Shown here: positions 39,346 to 48,624 of the stretch, in pieces | How positions within the stretch are numbered: position 1 is the first letter of the stretch | Layout: each line of letters starts with the position of its first letter | Source of the DNA: an uncultured bacterium | GTDB taxonomy: Bacteria; Patescibacteriota; Saccharimonadia; UBA4664; SCTI01 | DNA: 64,000 bases | Assembly (NCBI GenBank): GCA_963721685.1 | Contig: CAVRJJ010000001.1 | Span: 4,555 to 68,554, forward strand | Direction of reading: 5' to 3' | Program-made: the position numbers and the translations under genes | The notes under the pieces: model-generated | Database searches by the model: none | Seen by the model: the letters and a program-made list of their open reading frames with translations, nothing else | What the model was told of the DNA's origin: nothing

Positions 39346-39714
39346 TTAAGCACCCGGATGTAGCTCAAGCAGCTCATGGATAATTCCCATTATTTCAGTT
39401 GCGCGTTCTTGGTTAACGGGTAGAATGGTTTTTCCATAGGTTTCAACCAAACTATTGTCTCGTCTGACGATAAGGTGAATAAACCGCCCCTGCTGCTTGT
39501 CGTTGACGGTTATCTCGTGCTTCCATTCAAAATCCGCCGGAGTGTCTTGGATGGTGCTATTAACTTCGATACGACCGCCTTTTTTGCCCAGTTGGTGGGT
39601 CGAACAAAAGTACACAGTTTGACCCGGTAAGTCATAATATTCGCCTGTCACTTCGATGGCGGGGTGGGTATCGGAAAACTGCTCGGCAAACTGAATTAAA
39701 GGAGTGGAAATCAT
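39346..39714 (-). CDS. hypothetical protein
   Basis: 122-aa soluble ORF. Confidence 0.3.
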   Translation of the reverse strand: MISTPLIQFAEQFSDTHPAIEVTGEYYDLPGQTVYFCSTHQLGKKGGRIEVNSTIQDTPADFEWKHEITVNDKQQGRFIHLIVRRDNSLVETYGKTILPVNQERATEIMGIIHELLELHPGA

Positions 39715-39807
39715 GCTTCTAGCTAGTATAGCAAACTATGTCAGGGAAGCACGAGCGTTTTAAGGCTTGTCAAAGCCAAAAATAAATGGTATTGTGCCTG
39801 ACTGTAT

Positions 39808-40389
39808 ATGAATATCGCTAGTTTCAGCCGAAACCATCCCCAATCTTACCGCCGGTTACTGGTTATTTCCTGCATAACTATGACAGCCTCCGGGCTTTAT
39901 TCTGCCGCTAATGGCAACACCCCGAAGATTCTGGCAATGGGCCAATTGGCCCGGCCGCTTCCCCACCAAGAGCTTGTTACAGGAGAAAATAATCAACTGG
40001 CGAGCAAGCAGACTGACCCATCCCATGGGTTAACCCGTCTTCCTGGCAAGGACGGTAGCGGAACGGTTCCCCAAACAGCAACGCTGGCTTCCTCGTCCGC
40101 CGCGCCACTCAATGATATGCGCGTGCTTGGAAGGATGATGAGCGCCGCCCGTTTTGGCGACGGCCATTGGCCGGCTTTAAATAACTTGTGGACTCGTGAG
40201 TCGAATTGGAATCCCACTGCTCGCAATGCCTCCAGCGGAGCTTGCGGAATCCCGCAGGCCCTTCCTTGTTCGAAAATTCCCGATATGAGCCCCAGCGGCC
40301 AAATTATTTGGGGATTAACCTATATTGAGCGGCGTTATGGTACCCCAACTTCCGCTTGGCAGCACTGGCAGCGCCACCACTGGTATTAG
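39808..40389 (+). CDS. secreted lytic transglycosylase (SLT)-like domain protein
   Basis: signal peptide; 'LWTRESNWNPTARNASSGACGIPQALP' fits the SLT catalytic 'ES-x-NP-A-S-GA-G-Q' motif. Confidence 0.4.
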   Translation: MNIASFSRNHPQSYRRLLVISCITMTASGLYSAANGNTPKILAMGQLARPLPHQELVTGENNQLASKQTDPSHGLTRLPGKDGSGTVPQTATLASSSAAPLNDMRVLGRMMSAARFGDGHWPALNNLWTRESNWNPTARNASSGACGIPQALPCSKIPDMSPSGQIIWGLTYIERRYGTPTSAWQHWQRHHWY

Positions 40390-40391
40390 CT

Positions 40392-41216
40392 TTAGGTGTC
40401 TAGCTGACGGTTAAGTAGGCTGCGTTGGCTGCGACGATAGTACCAAGCGGCAAGTAGGATTGCACTTGCGCCCGCCAGTCCGTTTAAAGCTGTGCCGGTT
40501 TGAGGCAAGGCCGCGGCTACCGGAGCGGGCGCTGGAGCTGGAGCTGGAGTCGGAGGAGGGGCGTGCGCTGGCGTCGGCGCCGGAGTTGCAACGGGGTTAA
40601 CCACTACGGTTTGAGTTTGAGCTTGGACTTGGACTTGAGACACGGGAGCGGGATCAGGTGCCGGGGTTGGTGTGGGTGTCGGTTGTGGCCGATGTTTCAC
40701 TGTCGTGGTCGGGGCTGGTGGGGTAGCCACAGGGGTAGCGGTTACGACATTGCCACAATCCTTAATGATGGCAAAGGCGAACTTATTGTTTCGAAGGTGA
40801 ACCAGGGCAGGCAGTTCTGAGCTTTGAAATGAAACAGAGGTTGGCCGCTTCCATAATCCGCTGGAAACTTTCACCGAACCGGGTATCTGTGAATGTCCAT
40901 AGCTGTAAGCGCCGGTGGCGATGGTTTCGCCTCTAACAATCACGTGGCCCCCTTTAGTGACCACGCCATTTACCGTGTTGTCCGATAGAATTCTGCCCGG
41001 TGTTACATCGTAAAATTTAAAAGTCCGGGTAAGTTGGGCACCGCTGCGTACGCCATCGCCATTAGTTAAAGCGGCGGCGCATTCGGCTCTGCTAAAGCAA
41101 CCACCATGAATCATGGCATTAGGGCTGGTGTCGCCAGCAGCGTGAATTGGTGAAAAAGTTACGATAACGACGAGAAACGACGCGATTGCGGGCGCGAGCT
41201 TTGTGCGAATTTTCAT
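40392..41216 (-). CDS. LPXTG-anchored cell-wall protein with Pro/Thr/Ala-rich stalk
   Basis: signal peptide 'MKIRTKLAPAIASFLVVIVTFSPIHA'; PT/PA-repeat linker; C-terminal 'LPQTG' + TM + 'RRSQRS' tail. Confidence 0.6.
   Translation of the reverse strand: MKIRTKLAPAIASFLVVIVTFSPIHAAGDTSPNAMIHGGCFSRAECAAALTNGDGVRSGAQLTRTFKFYDVTPGRILSDNTVNGVVTKGGHVIVRGETIATGAYSYGHSQIPGSVKVSSGLWKRPTSVSFQSSELPALVHLRNNKFAFAIIKDCGNVVTATPVATPPAPTTTVKHRPQPTPTPTPAPDPAPVSQVQVQAQTQTVVVNPVATPAPTPAHAPPPTPAPAPAPAPVAAALPQTGTALNGLAGASAILLAAWYYRRSQRSLLNRQLDT
40500..40720. repeat. low-complexity GC-rich repeat (GCNGGNGCN periodicity) encoding the Pro/Ala/Thr stalk
   Basis: 'ggagcgggcgctggagctggagctggagtcggagg' tandem degenerate hexamers. 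Confidence 0.5.
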
Positions 41217-41239
41217 GGTCCCCTTTGTGAATGTAGCGC

Positions 41240-41578
41240 TTATTTAGCAGTTACGGCTTTAAGATTATGAAGGCTGCGCTTTAATAACCCCTCGGCTGTA
41301 TTGCGGTATAATTCAGCTCGTTTACGATAGCTTGATGCTTGGTCGTATAGATGGGTGAGTCGGGCCGCACGCTTTTCTTCTGGTGTTTTTGGCCCGATCA
41401 GCCGACCTACGCGATATACCGCTGCTACAGCGAGCAGTCCTAGATACAGCTTATTTGTATTGGTTGGTTCAGCCTTACGCTGATCCTTGGCTTTACTGAG
41501 TCCCTCGGTTATATAATGAACGGTTCCCAGCAAAAGTAAAGTGTGGGCTATAGTATCAACGGTACGAAGTGGCTTCAT
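41240..41578 (-). CDS. hypothetical membrane protein
   Basis: 112 aa. Confidence 0.3.
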   Translation of the reverse strand: MKPLRTVDTIAHTLLLLGTVHYITEGLSKAKDQRKAEPTNTNKLYLGLLAVAAVYRVGRLIGPKTPEEKRAARLTHLYDQASSYRKRAELYRNTAEGLLKRSLHNLKAVTAK

Positions 41579-41659
41579 TTAGTATTCCTCTCACGTTAAT
41601 GTTCGCCTCCAGTATGGACGAATCTCCATATGATGAGTATGTGAGAACTTACAAAAGAA

Positions 41660-42658
41660 TTAGCTTCTTCTCGGTAAGACTACTTCTTGGGCGGGGTCAT
41701 ATTCGTTTGGTTTAGCATCAATGCAACTCTCAAGCAGCTTTTTTATGTCTTCCTTATTGAAATTTTTTCCAATAAAAACCAGTTTTGTGGTAGGCGTTTG
41801 CGTCCCCCAATCCTCCCATGTAAGCTCAGCCCGCTTGCCAACCAGCTGAAAGATATATTTTCGGCGGTGACCTTTTTTCCCTAAATCCACCATGCCTTTT
41901 GCCCGGTATACCGATACGGGAATCTGATGGTTTACAAACTCTTGGAACGTAAGGGGGTCTAGTGGTTTGTCGGTTGCAAAACTAAAGCTTGTATATTCCG
42001 TATGGAGGTGGTCATGTTTGCTATGGTCGGCGGAGGGGTAGGTATCGGCCAGGGAGTTCGTATTTTGATCAAGCAGCAGCCTCACGTCAACCTCGCCTTT
42101 AACGGATGTAAACATTCGGGCCCGCGGATTAATACCCTGCACCAAGTCGCTAATCTGGGTAACTTTTTCAGAAGGGATAAGGTCGGTTTTGTTTATTATT
42201 ACAAAATCACTGTATTCAATTTGCTGCAATGCCGTGGAGTGGGCTTCGGCATTTTTTTCAAGGTTTTCGGCATCGATCACCGCTACGATGCTATCAAGCC
42301 TGGTAAGCCTGCCAGCCGCCTCACGCAGCGTGCGGGCCAAGTCAGCCGGCTCGGCTAATCCACTGGCTTCAATAATAATGTAATCAATAGGACTGCCGGG
42401 GTAAGCAAATTGTCCAATGGCAGCGTCTAATTCCAGTCCCTCCATGGAGCAGCACATGCAACCGTTCGTTAATTCCAGTGTCGTCTCTGTTTGGCCGGCA
42501 ATGAGGCTGGCATCAATATTAATTGCGCCATAATCGTTAACAACCACTCCAATTTTTAAACCCTGGTTATGCTGCAAAATATAATTAAGCAAGGTGGTCT
42601 TGCCAGCACCGAGAAAGCCAGTTATAGCGGTAATAGGGATTTTTGATGGTTGGGCCAT
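41660..42658 (-). CDS. COG0523 (CobW/YciC/ZigA-like) metallochaperone GTPase
   Basis: P-loop 'GFLGAGKTTLLNYIL' and 'CMCCSMEG' metal-binding CxCC motif. Confidence 0.8.
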   Translation of the reverse strand: MAQPSKIPITAITGFLGAGKTTLLNYILQHNQGLKIGVVVNDYGAINIDASLIAGQTETTLELTNGCMCCSMEGLELDAAIGQFAYPGSPIDYIIIEASGLAEPADLARTLREAAGRLTRLDSIVAVIDAENLEKNAEAHSTALQQIEYSDFVIINKTDLIPSEKVTQISDLVQGINPRARMFTSVKGEVDVRLLLDQNTNSLADTYPSADHSKHDHLHTEYTSFSFATDKPLDPLTFQEFVNHQIPVSVYRAKGMVDLGKKGHRRKYIFQLVGKRAELTWEDWGTQTPTTKLVFIGKNFNKEDIKKLLESCIDAKPNEYDPAQEVVLPRRS

Positions 42659-42736
42659 AAGACTAGTATAACGGGAACATCGCGGTATTGTTGTAATAGC
42701 GCTTATGCTTTAAACTGCAACTATAAAAGGATTTTT

Positions 42737-43114
42737 ATGACAACCGTACTTTTAGTTGAAGACGATAATGCCATTAGGGCTGCCTATAACTACGCGCTTA
42801 CCAAAGCCGGGATCAAGGTTACCGAGGCAACCGACGGGGTGCAGGCGGCATCTTACGTCGAACAGTTGCGACCTGACGTGGTATTGTTGGATATGCTGAT
42901 GCCGGGTATGTCGGGCTTGGATTTTTTACGCCACACCGAAATTACCAGCCGCTTTCCCGATACCAAAGTAATAGCGGTCAGCAATATTGATACTCCCAGA
43001 GTTGTCAAAGAAGCAAAGGAACTTGGTGCCGTGCAGTATGTGATCAAGGTTGAAACTACCCCAAAGGAGATCGTTGCACTTGTAAAGAAGCTGGCAAAAG
43101 CGGCGGAACACTAA
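42737..43114 (+). CDS. stand-alone response-regulator receiver (CheY-like)
   Basis: 'VLLVEDD', phospho-acceptor 'LLDMLMPGMSG', no output domain; start taken at the internal Met (ORF track 42650). Confidence 0.7.
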   Translation: MTTVLLVEDDNAIRAAYNYALTKAGIKVTEATDGVQAASYVEQLRPDVVLLDMLMPGMSGLDFLRHTEITSRFPDTKVIAVSNIDTPRVVKEAKELGAVQYVIKVETTPKEIVALVKKLAKAAEH

Positions 43115-43147
43115 AGCACAGCAAGTTTGGTATTATAATTAAGTACT

Positions 43148-43384
43148 ATGACGCACGCACTCCACGACTTCCGCATCGAAAATGAAAATTTAATTCTATT
43201 ATCGTTTAGTAACGGAACGTCTGCCCGTGTCTGCCGCGATGATCTTGAGCGCTATCTATCGAAACCGGATCTGGCTAAAGTTAATAAGGCGATGAGCCAG
43301 CGGCGTAAATTTATGAAACGGGTACTTCCACCAACCGCGGTATTCCTGCTTTCAGCCAGTATTTTGGCGACTTGGTGCGCATGA
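43148..43384 (+). CDS. hypothetical small protein
   Basis: 78-aa ORF with a C-terminal hydrophobic helix. Confidence 0.2.
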   Translation: MTHALHDFRIENENLILLSFSNGTSARVCRDDLERYLSKPDLAKVNKAMSQRRKFMKRVLPPTAVFLLSASILATWCA

Positions 43385-43397
43385 TGCGCGCCAGCTT

Positions 43398-43712
43398 ATG
43401 AACCAGTGGAAGCCGGCTGAATCACCCGCTCCCCAGAGCATAGTTGCACCCCAACCAGAGCCTTGGGTTCAAAATTTCACCCAGCCAAAAAACCAACTTT
43501 CTTCCCCTCAGCTGCCAGTCCATCGGATGAATAAGGCCCCCGCGGCCGCGTCCCCAGCCCCCGTCGCTGCTCCCGGCCAATTAAAGCCCAGTCCGGCCGC
43601 AAGCCCAGCCGAGATGAAAAAAAATCTTAAGAACGGAACAAATAATAGTGGGCCCCATCCAGCAATTCTGCACACGCCGGAAAAATTTAAAATCAATGTT
43701 TACATCCGATAA
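43398..43712 (+). CDS. Pro/Ala-rich low-complexity hypothetical protein (doubtful)
   Basis: 104-aa ORF; locally GC-rich low-complexity composition could be non-coding. Confidence 0.15.
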   Translation: MNQWKPAESPAPQSIVAPQPEPWVQNFTQPKNQLSSPQLPVHRMNKAPAAASPAPVAAPGQLKPSPAASPAEMKKNLKNGTNNSGPHPAILHTPEKFKINVYIR

Positions 43713-43768
43713 GCTTCTGCGCTCAGCCCAGACTCTGTATACTAAATAACCAAAGGAGTCTGAGTGCT

Positions 43769-44035
43769 GTGTCTAGCGATCGTCATACCATTACGGTGTA
43801 TACAACAAAGCAATGCGTCTACTGCCAAGCGGAAAAACAGTACTTAGATGAAAACAATATCGTGTTTAAGGAAATTCGGGTTGATGATGATGCGGCCGAG
43901 GCAGAAAAAATGATACAGCGGAGCGGTCAAATGGGCGTACCCTATACCGTTATTACCAACCAGGTAACCGGAAATGAGCTGGAAGTTGTGGGGTTTGACC
44001 GAGCACGTTTAACTAATATGATAGGGGCTGCATGA
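43769..44035 (+). CDS. glutaredoxin-like protein (NrdH/YruB-type)
   Basis: GTG start; 'VYTTKQCVYCQAEKQYL' CxxC thioredoxin-fold motif; overlaps the trxB start. Confidence 0.65.
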   Translation: MSSDRHTITVYTTKQCVYCQAEKQYLDENNIVFKEIRVDDDAAEAEKMIQRSGQMGVPYTVITNQVTGNELEVVGFDRARLTNMIGAA

Positions 44036-45000
44036 CTGAAATGACCGACATATATGACATTGTAGTTGTGGGCGCCGGGCCCACCGGCTTAGCGGCTGCA
44101 CTATATACCTCGCGAGAGGACCTCAAGACCTTGGTTATTGACGGTGGTGCGGTTGGGGGCATGATTGCTACTACCGAAGTGGTGGACAACTACCCAGGTT
44201 TTCCGGAAGGAATCGGGGGGCTTGCCTTAGCCGAAGCTATGAAGAAGCAAGCTGAACGCTTTGGTTCGGAGGTGAAGACCGGCATTTGGGCGAAGAGCCT
44301 TAAGAAAACCCCGGAACATATTGAACTTGAAACCGACAAAGGCACTCTTAAGGCTCGCAGCGTACTGATAGCGACCGGGTCGCTCTACCGCCATTTGGAA
44401 GTTCCAGGGGAGAAAGAGCTGGAAGGTAAGGGCGTGCATTACTGCGCTACTTGTGACGGGCCTTTATACCGCGACGCCCACTTAATCGCGGTTGGCGGCG
44501 GTAATACCATGCTACAGGAAGGCTTATTCCTGACGAAGTTTGTGAAGAAGCTGACCGTCTTGGTAAGAAAACCGGAATTTAAAGGATCGGAAATCCTGAT
44601 CCAGAAGTTGCAGAGCCATGACAACGTGGAGGTGGTGTTTAATACCAGTGTTAGTGAAATTGTAGGCGCCGGACCGATGTTTACCTCAGTCAAGACCGTC
44701 AACAATCAAACCAAAGAAACCGGCGAGATAAATGGCGACGGGTTGTTTGTGTTTGCCGGCTTACTCCCCAATACCGACTGGCTAAAAGGGGAAATTGAAC
44801 TTGATGACCGCGGCTTCGTGCACGTTGACCACGGGTTTTCCACCAATGTGCCCGGAGTTTACGCCGCGGGCGATGTGATTGTCGGTTCGGTAGGCCAGGT
44901 GGCTTCAGCGGTCGGTGAGGGCGTGTCGGCCGCGCTTTCCATCCGGCAATACCTAGACCCCAACCACGCGCTGCCAAGCTACGCCGTGAACCAAGCCTAG
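44032..45000 (+). CDS. trxB: thioredoxin-disulfide reductase
   Basis: 'DIVVVGAGPTGLAAALY', redox-active 'CATCDG', 'VYAAGDV'. Confidence 0.9.
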   Translation: MTEMTDIYDIVVVGAGPTGLAAALYTSREDLKTLVIDGGAVGGMIATTEVVDNYPGFPEGIGGLALAEAMKKQAERFGSEVKTGIWAKSLKKTPEHIELETDKGTLKARSVLIATGSLYRHLEVPGEKELEGKGVHYCATCDGPLYRDAHLIAVGGGNTMLQEGLFLTKFVKKLTVLVRKPEFKGSEILIQKLQSHDNVEVVFNTSVSEIVGAGPMFTSVKTVNNQTKETGEINGDGLFVFAGLLPNTDWLKGEIELDDRGFVHVDHGFSTNVPGVYAAGDVIVGSVGQVASAVGEGVSAALSIRQYLDPNHALPSYAVNQA

Positions 45001-45169
45001 GCAAACTTCCAATAAGTATCCCCACATTTTCGTTGACATGCATACATAAGCGTTGTAATTTAGGAATTATGAAGTTTCAGTCTAACAACAGCCCGAAGAT
45101 TTGCCGCTGGTTTCCGGTAGTCCTGCTGTTTGGTAGGTACTGAGGCTCGTTGTATTTTCACAAAAGTGC

Positions 45170-45199
45170 GGCCGGCCTCGAAAGAGGCCGGTTTTTGTT
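45170..45199 (+). terminator. rho-independent terminator
   Basis: stem CCGGCCTC-GAAA-GAGGCCGG followed by TTTTTGTT. Confidence 0.6.
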
Positions 45200-45365
45200 A
45201 CGGGGTATAGCTTAAAAATCCTTCGCCTCCAAGTGTCTCATGAGACTTGGGTGCAAGGGGCGGATAAAGCGCCAGCCAGGGGGGCTGGAGATGTTAATTG
45301 GGTTCAAGTCCCCATATCCCGACCTGCACCATCACACACCACAACGCCCGAGGAGGGATGTAGCA

Positions 45366-45790
45366 TGTCAACAGCCCAGAGAGCAGTGCCAAAGGGCCGG
45401 CGTGCCCGGAATGAAGTGCTGATGAACACCCTCGCGGTGATCATCCGTCCTACGCAAGATCTCACAAGTGAGGCAGCCGACAAGATCGCTGACCTCCTTC
45501 CGCTCGGACTCTCGTCGGGAGCTCGCGAGCGTTTGCTCAACACCGGTACGGAAGCTCGTCGGGTGGAGCTCAGCCAGCGCACGACCGAAGTCCGGATCGA
45601 GCCGGAGAAGAGGAGGGTTCTCGAGATGATGGGCGTCAAGTTCGGCTTCCAGGTCGATGACCGGCCCGGCTTCGACCCCGCCGAAGAGCGGACGATGCGT
45701 AAGCGGATCGCCGATCGCTCCGCCGCGAAGGCCGAGTACTACCGCGACCGACGGCGCCACCGAGGGGGCAGCCACAGCTTCGCCTGGTAG
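45366..45790 (+). CDS. Arg-rich hypothetical protein on a high-GC island (putative horizontally acquired)
   Basis: 141 aa; GGAGG RBS 7 nt upstream; strong GC3 codon bias (ggc/gtc/ttc/gac/ccc/gcc) unlike neighbouring genes. Confidence 0.4.
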
Positions 45791-45954
45791 GCAGTGGTGG
45801 GTGTGAATATCTAGCTTGGGGCTACCCGCTTCACGCTAGGTAGGCGTCCCGCGCGTTGGTCCCACAAGGATCTTCGCCGGGACGCTGCCCACGTCTTTAT
45901 ATGCTTCGTTTTATAGTCTGCTATACTGAAAATCAACACTAATAAGGAAGCAGC

Positions 45955-46482
45955 ATGGCAGAATTAGGTGTCGGCAGCGACGCTCCCAATGTAGTTAATT
46001 TGGTCATTGAAATCCGTCGCGGCGAGGGTAAAAACAAGTATGAGCTGAATAAAGACACCGGCTATATGACGCTCGATCGGGTAAACGCTACCATGCTGAA
46101 GTATCCCTGCGACTACGGCTATGTGCCGGGCACCCTGTGCGATGACGGCGATCCACTGGATGGGCTGCTGGTTATCGATGAGTCGGTTCCGGCTAACGTG
46201 GTCGTTCCCGTCCGAGCGATTGGTGTCCTTTATATGGTTGATGATGGCGAAGGAGACGAAAAACTGGTTTGCGTAGCGGATGATGATGTTACCATGAAGC
46301 ACATCAATGAGATCGAAGACCTTGGCACCCATTTTAAGCCGATGGTGGAGCACTTCTACAGCCACTACAAAGATTGGAAAAACGATTGGAAGGGCGTTGA
46401 TGTGCACTTTAACGGCTGGGGCAATGCCGAAGCTGCGCGTAAGGTTATATCAGAAGCAATGGGTCGGTATTCTAGCAAGTAG
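45955..46482 (+). CDS. ppa: inorganic pyrophosphatase (family I)
   Basis: 'YPCDYGYVPGTLCDDGDPLDGLLV' signature. Confidence 0.9.
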   Translation: MAELGVGSDAPNVVNLVIEIRRGEGKNKYELNKDTGYMTLDRVNATMLKYPCDYGYVPGTLCDDGDPLDGLLVIDESVPANVVVPVRAIGVLYMVDDGEGDEKLVCVADDDVTMKHINEIEDLGTHFKPMVEHFYSHYKDWKNDWKGVDVHFNGWGNAEAARKVISEAMGRYSSK

Positions 46483-46528
46483 TTGGCGTATGTTCATATA
46501 GCAATAATGGTGAAAGGGTGAAACACAA

Positions 46529-47536
46529 ATGGCAATTAAGGTAGCAATCAATGGATTTGGACGTATTGGAAGGAACGCTTTTAAACTGGCTTGGAACCAT
46601 CAAGAGCTGGAGATTGTAGCAGTAAATGACATTACCGACACTAAGACGCTAGCGCATTTATTAAAACACGATTCAAATTATGGGTTATATCATGAAGAAG
46701 TTAGTTTCGACGACCAGAACATCATCGTTGGCGGCCGAAAGGTAAGGGTATTTGCTGAAAAAGACCCCGCCCTGCTTCCCTGGAAAGATCTTGACGTTGA
46801 CGTGGTGATTGAAAGCACCGGTTTTTTTGTTAAGCGCGAGGACGCGAGCAAGCACTTAACAGCTGGCGCCAAACGGGTGGTGTTGTCGGCCCCGGCGAAA
46901 GGCGACGACGTCCCAACCTACGTAATTGGTGTAAATGATGGAGACATTACCGCCGCCGATACGGTTATTTCCAACGCTTCCTGTACCACCAACTGCATTA
47001 CGCCGGTCATGGCGGTGCTGGAAAAAGCGGTGGGGGTTGAAAAGGCTTTAATGACAACCGTGCACTCTTACACGGCAAGTCAGCGTTTGCAGGACGCGCC
47101 GGCTAAAGACCTGCGGGAGGCTCGCAACGCGGCCGAAAACATCGTGCCCACCACCACTGGTGCATCCAAGGCCGCTGGACGCGCTTTGCCTGCCCTTCAG
47201 GGTATCTTCGACGGTTTAAGCATCCGAGTCCCCACACCGGTGGTGAGCTTAAGCGATATTACCTTTGTCAGTAAGAAGGACACCACAATTGAAGAGATCA
47301 ACCAAGCCCTAGTGGCAGCCAGCCATGAACCTCATTTGGAAGGCGTTTTAGCGGCAACCGAAGATCCGCTGGTTTCACGCGATTACGTGGGTAACAGCCA
47401 TTCAGCCATTGTGGATCTAAAGTTAACCAATGTTGTCGCCGGCAACCTCGTGAAAGTGGTGGCTTGGTATGACAACGAATGGGGTTATTCCAACCGACTG
47501 GTAGAAATGGTCATTAAGGCGGGCAAAACGCTATGA
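46529..47536 (+). CDS. gap: glyceraldehyde-3-phosphate dehydrogenase
   Basis: 'INGFGRIGRNAFK' and active site 'SNASCTTNCITP'. Confidence 0.9.
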   Translation: MAIKVAINGFGRIGRNAFKLAWNHQELEIVAVNDITDTKTLAHLLKHDSNYGLYHEEVSFDDQNIIVGGRKVRVFAEKDPALLPWKDLDVDVVIESTGFFVKREDASKHLTAGAKRVVLSAPAKGDDVPTYVIGVNDGDITAADTVISNASCTTNCITPVMAVLEKAVGVEKALMTTVHSYTASQRLQDAPAKDLREARNAAENIVPTTTGASKAAGRALPALQGIFDGLSIRVPTPVVSLSDITFVSKKDTTIEEINQALVAASHEPHLEGVLAATEDPLVSRDYVGNSHSAIVDLKLTNVVAGNLVKVVAWYDNEWGYSNRLVEMVIKAGKTL

Positions 47537-47982
47537 AGCCACGGGTTTTTATTGGCGCTGACCATGGGGGCTTTGAATATAAGAACCAAATTCGCGAGCA
47601 CTTGATTCACCAGGGATACGAGGTAGAAGATGTCGGCGCTCTAACGCTTGACCCGCAAGATGATTACCCTCAGTACGCCTACGCGGTTGCCACCAAAATT
47701 CTAGGTGAAGAGGTCCCAGCTTTTGGTATTTTAATATGTCGCGGTGGACAAGGCATGGCGATGGCCGCCAATCGGGTTTCCGGCATTCGCGCAGCGGTAG
47801 CGTGGTCGCCTGAGGTGGCCCAAAAAACCCGCGAGGATAACAATGCCAATGTGGTGAGTTTGCCCGGGGACATGATTGATATTGATACCTCGCTTGAGAT
47901 TGTGGATACGTTTCTGGCTGAGCCGTTTTCCGGTGAAGATCGTCACGCACGGCGGGTCAAGCAGATTGAGGACTTGTTTTAA
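47533..47982 (+). CDS. rpiB: ribose-5-phosphate isomerase B
   Basis: 'VFIGADHGGFEYKNQIREHL' RpiB/LacAB family. Confidence 0.85.
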   Translation: MKPRVFIGADHGGFEYKNQIREHLIHQGYEVEDVGALTLDPQDDYPQYAYAVATKILGEEVPAFGILICRGGQGMAMAANRVSGIRAAVAWSPEVAQKTREDNNANVVSLPGDMIDIDTSLEIVDTFLAEPFSGEDRHARRVKQIEDLF

Positions 47983-47985
47983 GGA

Positions 47986-48624
47986 ATGGCAACGATTGTG
48001 CCAACGGTGCTTGCTTCCGATCCCGCAGAATACGCCACTATGCTTTCTCGGGCTGAAAGTTTAAGTAAACGGGTACATGTTGATGTTTGCGATGGGGTGT
48101 TTGCTTCAGGTAAAACTATTGGTTTAGCCCAAGTGCATGTGGCAGACGATACCCACCTAGACTTACATTTAATGTTAAAAGATTCTGGCACGGAAATGGA
48201 AACAGCCTTAAGCCTCCATCCCCATTTAATTATTATCCACGCGGAATCCGAGGGCGACCTCCTAGGGCTGATTACACGGATTGCTAGCTTAGGTATTAAG
48301 ACGGGAATTGCTGTGTTGCCATCAACCCCATTGGACGCTGTTCGTCCATTAATTGAGAAGGTTGACCATGTGCTTATCTTTACGGGAACGCTCGGTCAAA
48401 ATGGGGGGCAATTCCAGGCAGATCAGCTTGAGCGGGCGGCGGCAATTCGGCAGATTAAGTCCAAAATTGAAATAAGCGTTGACGGAGGGGTATCCGACGC
48501 CAACGCCGCGGCGATTGTTGGCGCTGGGGTCGACGTGCTGTACGCGGGCGGATTTCTACAAAATGCCGAGAACCCAGCGGCCGCTTATGGATCAATTAAC
48601 AAAACAATTGAGGTTTACTCATGA
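47986..48624 (+). CDS. rpe: ribulose-phosphate 3-epimerase
   Basis: 212-aa TIM barrel with 'HVDVCDG' and 'DLHLM' motifs. Confidence 0.75.
   Translation: MATIVPTVLASDPAEYATMLSRAESLSKRVHVDVCDGVFASGKTIGLAQVHVADDTHLDLHLMLKDSGTEMETALSLHPHLIIIHAESEGDLLGLITRIASLGIKTGIAVLPSTPLDAVRPLIEKVDHVLIFTGTLGQNGGQFQADQLERAAAIRQIKSKIEISVDGGVSDANAAAIVGAGVDVLYAGGFLQNAENPAAAYGSINKTIEVYS

Noticed and set aside
40500-40820. Arg/Trp-rich + strand ORF 40500-40820 opposite the LPXTG protein stalk
   Set aside because: It is the antisense frame of the GC-rich Pro/Ala repeat and is not a real gene.
45300-45338. tRNA-like 'GGGTTCAAGTCCCC' T-arm-like string followed by ...GCACCA at the left edge of the high-GC island, a possible tRNA/tmRNA 3' fragment or att site
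   Set aside because: I could not fold an acceptor stem or a complete cloverleaf: the T-stem has a mismatch, no matching 5' half exists, and the 3' end does not give a 7-bp acceptor plus discriminator plus CCA. It is treated as coincidence or at most a remnant.
45304-45775. Long minus-strand ORFs (45304-45639, 45368-45775) and the 45240-45422 plus ORF inside the high-GC island
   Set aside because: High GC keeps all frames open. Only the + frame at 45366-45790 shows GC3-biased codon usage and an RBS.
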